Shown: positions 28,685 through 32,000 of the stretch, piece after piece
Numbering within the stretch: position 1 is the first letter of the stretch
How the letters are laid out: every line of letters starts with the position of its first letter
DNA from: Polynucleobacter necessarius
Lineage (GTDB): Bacteria > Pseudomonadota > Gammaproteobacteria > Burkholderiales > Burkholderiaceae
Length of the DNA: 32,000 nt
NCBI RefSeq assembly: GCF_900095195.1
Contig: NZ_LT606950.1
Span: forward strand, 576,164 to 608,163
Direction of reading: 5' to 3'
The notes under the pieces: model-generated
Told to the model about the DNA's origin: nothing
What the model saw: the letters and a program-made list of their open reading frames with translations, nothing else
Database searches by the model: none
Position numbers and translations under genes: made by a program

Positions 28685-29185
28685 GTCTGCGTGATGCGGG
28701 CATCCCGAACATACTGCTCCATTCCCAATTCCGCAATGTAACCGTGACCACCAAACACTTGCAGGCCTTCATTAGTTGCAATAAACGCGTTATCCGTGAG
28801 GAACGCTTTGACGATGGGGGTTAAGTTAATAAGGACACCATTTCATTGGTCTCTTTGCGTACAGATTCATCTGGATGTGATAGTTCTGTGTCAATCATCA
28901 AGGCCACCCAATATGCAAATGCTCTAGCACCCTCTGCATAGGCGCGTTGGGTTAACAACATGCGTCGTACATCTGGGTGAAAAATTCAGGTTCTGTGGCA
29001 CCTTTAAGGCTGCGCATTTGTAGTCGTTCCTTGGCGTAAGCCGCAGAGTTTTGATATGCCACTTCAGTCAAACCAAGGCTCTGCATACCAACTCCAAGGC
29101 GTGCGGCGTTCATCATCACGAACATGGTATTCAAGCCTTTATTCGGTTCGCCGACAAGCGTGCCAATCGCACCATCTATGAGCAA
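28685..29185 (-). pseudogene. acyl-CoA dehydrogenase internal fragment (N-terminal half and C-terminal end deleted), two frameshifts
   Basis: DGAIGTLVGEPNKGLNTMFVMMNAARLGVGMQSLGLTEVAYQNSAAYAKERLQMRSL | HPDVRRMLLTQRAYAEGARAFAYWVALMIDTELSHPDESVRKETNEMVSLLT | PIVKAFLTDNAFIATNEGLQVFGGHGYIAELGMEQYVRDARITQ. The joins are at ~28978-28990 and at the GTTAA x2 duplication 28820-28829. Confidence 0.8.
28820..28829. repeat. GTTAA x2 tandem duplication inside the acyl-CoA dehydrogenase remnant
   Basis: Deleting one 5-bp unit restores ...VSLLTPIVKAFLTD... in frame. Confidence 0.85.
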
Positions 29186-30151
29186 TTCTCATCTTCCAAA
29201 GGCATTGCGAGGACTCCGACTGCCAGTCATTGCAGCGCCGATGTTTACCGTGAGTTATCCAGAATTGGTGAAAGCCCAATGTCTAGCTGGTATTGTGGGG
29301 TCCTTTCCGGCGCTCAATGCTCGTCCCCCTGAACTCTTGGATGAATGGGCTCACGCAAATTCAGGAGGAGGTGAATTCGCATCAGCAGCGAAATCCACAA
29401 TCGAAGGTTGGTCCGCTCGCAGTAAATCAAATTGTGCATGTCTCCAATGTACGCCTTGAGCAAGACATGCGGGTTTGTGTAAAGCACCGCATTCCGTTTA
29501 CATCACTAGCTTACGTGCCCCCATTAAAGACATGATCGATGCTGTTCATAGTTACGGAGGGATTGTTCTGCATGACGTCATTAGTTTGCGTCACGCTGAA
29601 AAAGCACTTGAGGCAGGTGTAGATGGTTTGATTCTCATTGCTGCTGGGGCATGCGGGTGGGTTGTCGCCGTTTGCCTTAGTCGGTGAAGTGCGAAAATAT
29701 TTCAGGGGCCAATCGTACTCTCTGGCGCCATTAGCACTGGATTGGCAGTTTTGGCAGCTCAGGCCATGGGTGCGGATTTTGCCTATATATGGGTACCCGG
29801 TTTATCGCTAGCCAAGAGGCACATGCGAGCGACGCCTACAAAGAGGCGATTGTGAATGCGAGCGCTTCCGATGTTGTTTACACGGACTACTTCACGGGAA
29901 TATCCGGTAATTACATCAAGAAAAGTATTGAAAACGCAGGGCTTGATCCCAATCATTTGCCAGCCGGTGATCCTGGCGCCTTTGCCAAGCTCTCGCAGGA
30001 AAATAAAGAGGCTGGTAGTAGCAAAGCGTGGAAGGATATATGGGGTGCCGGTCAAGGAGTTGGCCTTGTTGATGATGTTCCCTCTGTAGCACAGATTATC
30101 GACACCTTAGAAACGGAGTATGTCGCAGCTAAGAAAGCGCTTATCAATTAA
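29178..30151 (+). pseudogene. nitronate monooxygenase (2-nitropropane dioxygenase / NPD-like) family, about five frameshifts
   Basis: MSNSHLPKALRGLRLPVIAAPMFTVSYPELVKAQCLAGIVGSFPALNARPPELLDEW | LTQIQEEVNSHQQRNPQSKVGPLAVNQIVHVSNVRLEQDMRVCVKHRIPF | ITSLRAPIKDMIDAVHSYGGIVLHDVISLRHAEKALEAGVDGLILIAAGA | HAGGLSPFALVGEVRKYFRG | PIVLSGAISTGLAVLAAQAMGADFAY | MGTRFIASQEAHASDAYKEAIV...KAWKDIWGAGQGVGLV...*. The joins are at ~29346, ~29499, ~29650, ~29707 and ~29786. Confidence 0.8.
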
Positions 30152-30201
30152 TCCATTGTAGATTCATTCTTTTTACCAATCGATTTTTGGAACTTATTAA
30201 C

Positions 30202-30933
30202 ATGTTGTGGCTCGGAGCAGTTTTATTTTATTTGTACGGAATTTTTACGGTGGTTATTTTTGCCTCCGTGATTTTGTTGTTGATACCGTTTTCGAAGTCT
30301 TCCACGCGTTATCAAGTCGGCGTGGTGTGGTGCAAATTAGCCCTCTGGGTGCTTTCAAAATTATGCGGAGTGCGATACAAAGTTGAAGGCTTACACAATA
30401 TCCCTTCAGATCATCAAACGCCATTGATTGTTTTGGGAAAACACCAGTCTGCTTGGGAGGCGATTGCTTACCCAGCACTTTTTCCTAATGAACTCTGTTT
30501 TGTATTCAAGCGCGAATTACTGCTTTTGCCTTTCTTTGGTTGGGCTTTAGGGTCTTTGGGAATGATTCACATCAACCGAGGTGATCGTGAAAAAGCCCGC
30601 GAGGCAGTGGCCAAGTTAGGCAAGCAGTGTTTGCGGGAAGGAAAATGGATATCGATATTTCCGGAGGGTACCCGCACGCCCAGAGGCTCTTTAAAGCCTT
30701 GCCGGCGTGGCGGTGTGCGCTTGGCTATCAGTACCGATACCAATATCCTGCCAATCGCTCAGAACTCAGGTCTCTTATGGCCACGAAATACATTCGTTAA
30801 GAAGCCTGGCTTAATCACCGTATCGATCGGCCCCGTTATTACAGTGGCAGGCAAAACCGAGGATCAACTTCAAGAGGAAGTGGAAAACTGGATTGAGGGT
30901 GAAATGCGTCGCTTAGACCCCAGAGCGTATTAA
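30202..30933 (+). CDS. plsC: 1-acyl-sn-glycerol-3-phosphate acyltransferase
   Basis: It has the acyltransferase motifs HQSAWE (HX4-acidic block) and FPEGTRTPRG plus an N-terminal transmembrane helix. The start is either ATG 30202 or TTG 30187. Confidence 0.85.
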   Translation: MLWLGAVLFYLYGIFTVVIFASVILLLIPFSKSSTRYQVGVVWCKLALWVLSKLCGVRYKVEGLHNIPSDHQTPLIVLGKHQSAWEAIAYPALFPNELCFVFKRELLLLPFFGWALGSLGMIHINRGDREKAREAVAKLGKQCLREGKWISIFPEGTRTPRGSLKPCRRGGVRLAISTDTNILPIAQNSGLLWPRNTFVKKPGLITVSIGPVITVAGKTEDQLQEEVENWIEGEMRRLDPRAY

Positions 30934-30954
30934 TGAACAATTCTTAATAAAGTC

Positions 30955-32000
30955 ATGTATCCAATCACCGAATTTGATTACTTTTTCATTGGCGGTGGAT
31001 CGGCTGGTTCAGTTGTTGCGTCTCGACTTAATGAATCAGGCGCTAATACGGTGGCACTTTTTGAAGCTGGCGGTAGGGGCCGACTGTTTTGTTGTCAATA
31101 CTCCCTTGGCTGCAGCGGCCATGTTGCTCACCTATACCCGTGGGCATCCGTTCCCGTGGGCATCCGTTAGACTATGATCACTGGGCATCTTTGGGAAATT
31201 CAGGCTGGTCATACCAAGATTTACTGCCGTACTTCATTAAAAGTGAATGTAATGCCAATTTAACTGGGTCATTTCATGACAATAACGGCCCTCTACACGT
31301 TTCCCACCTTCAATCTGACAACCCCTATCAAGAGATTTTTATAGCTGCAGCAAAGCAAGCGGGGTTTCCGATTAGTGAAGATTTCAATGGCGAGACGCAA
31401 GAAGGTCTAGGGATCTATCAAGTTACTCACCAAAATGGTGAGCGTTGCAGTGCTGCTAGGGCTTACTTGTTTCCGCATTTGGAAAATCGTCAAAACTTGG
31501 TAGTGCAAACCTTGAGCGTATCGTGATTCAAGAAGGACGCGCGATGGGGATTTTGTACCGCCAAAATGGCGTACAAAAAGAAGCGCGCGCACGAAAAGAA
31601 GTAATTCTGTGCGCTAGAGCAATTGTTTCTCCTCAATTGCTGATGCTATCTGGCATTGGCCCTGCCGAGCATCTTCAGCAACTTCATATTCCAGTGGTTC
31701 ATAACCTTCCGAGAGTCGGTCAAAATCTACAAGATCATCCAGATTTTATATTTGGCTATGAGGCAGATGATACGAATTTAATTGGCATCTCGGTTGCTGG
31801 CACCCTAAAACTCCTTAGAGAATATCAACGCTACTCAAAATCCCGCAGAGGCATGTTTGCGAGCAATTTTGCAGAGGCGGGCGGGTTTCTTAAACGGATC
31901 CCACTGTATCGGCGCCAGATATTCAATTGCACTTCGTGGTTGCATTGGTAGATGATCACGCACGTAAATTGCACATGAGTCATGGCTACTCTTGTCATGT
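30955..32000 (+). pseudogene. GMC-family oxidoreductase (choline dehydrogenase-like), multiply disrupted; 3' end beyond the window
   Basis: EFDYFFIGGGSAGSVVASRLNESGANTVALFEAGGR | ADCFVVNTPLAAAAML, then ~40 aa missing, then LTYTRGHP, then the 16-bp duplication. It continues LDYDHWASLGNSGWSYQDLLPYFIKSE...GERCSAARAYLFPHLENRQNLVVQT | LERIVIQEGRAMGILY...SPQLLMLSGIGPAEHL...LPRVGQNLQDHPD...AGGFLK | TDPTVSAPDIQLHFVVALVDDHARKLH... The joins are at ~31076-31082, 31137-31168, ~31507-31513 and ~31892-31895. Confidence 0.8.
31137..31168. repeat. perfect 16-bp tandem duplication (CCCGTGGGCATCCGTT x2) inside the GMC oxidoreductase gene
   Basis: Copy 1 spans 31137-31152 and copy 2 spans 31153-31168. Deleting one copy restores YTRGHPLDYDHWASLGN in frame. 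Confidence 0.95.

Noticed and set aside
7746-32000. Explaining all disruptions as sequencing or assembly errors
   Set aside because: This is plausible for individual single-base homopolymer indels (trmJ, DUF2147). It is not plausible for 5- and 16-bp tandem duplications, nonsense codons, Gly-to-Arg hits at invariant residues, and kb-scale deletions that fuse genes. I keep it as the main caveat rather than the main explanation.

Overview
Chromosomal DNA of a Burkholderiales-type betaproteobacterium. Synteny: sucA-sucB-lpdA-zapE, dapA-bamC, cysE-trmJ divergent from suhB, TPR-ppiB-lpxH, cysS-glycosylase-accA-tilS-lysC-tRNA-Ser. GC is mid-40s % by eye, which suggests a Polynucleobacter-like genome; this is a guess I cannot verify here. 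I call 26 apparently intact protein genes, one tRNA-Ser(GCU), three rho-independent terminators and 12 disrupted loci. From 1 to 23 kb the window is housekeeping (2-oxoglutarate dehydrogenase complex, TrpRS, CysRS, TilS, DapA, LysC, AccA, LpxH), interrupted by three broken genes: a SAM methyltransferase, trmJ and ppiB. From 23 to 32 kb almost everything non-essential is decayed: phasin, a lipoprotein, a Zn-ribbon/Smr gene, a DUF2147 gene, a beta-oxidation operon collapsed by two kb-scale deletions, a nitronate monooxygenase and a GMC oxidoreductase. The yqjD-yqjE-yqjK operon and plsC stay intact in that stretch. Lesions visible in the sequence are 1-nt indels in short runs, 2-, 5- and 16-bp tandem duplications, in-frame TGA stops and gene-fusing deletions. 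The main story is therefore ongoing reductive, host-restricted-style genome erosion, not a new gene system. I found no CRISPR array, transposase, integrase, rRNA or recognisable defence or toxin system. The only orphan candidate is a small HTH / secreted protein / Zn-ribbon-Smr cluster at 24.7-25.7 kb. All lesion positions are approximate (a few nt) and rest on my own translation and remembered family consensus, not on database searches.
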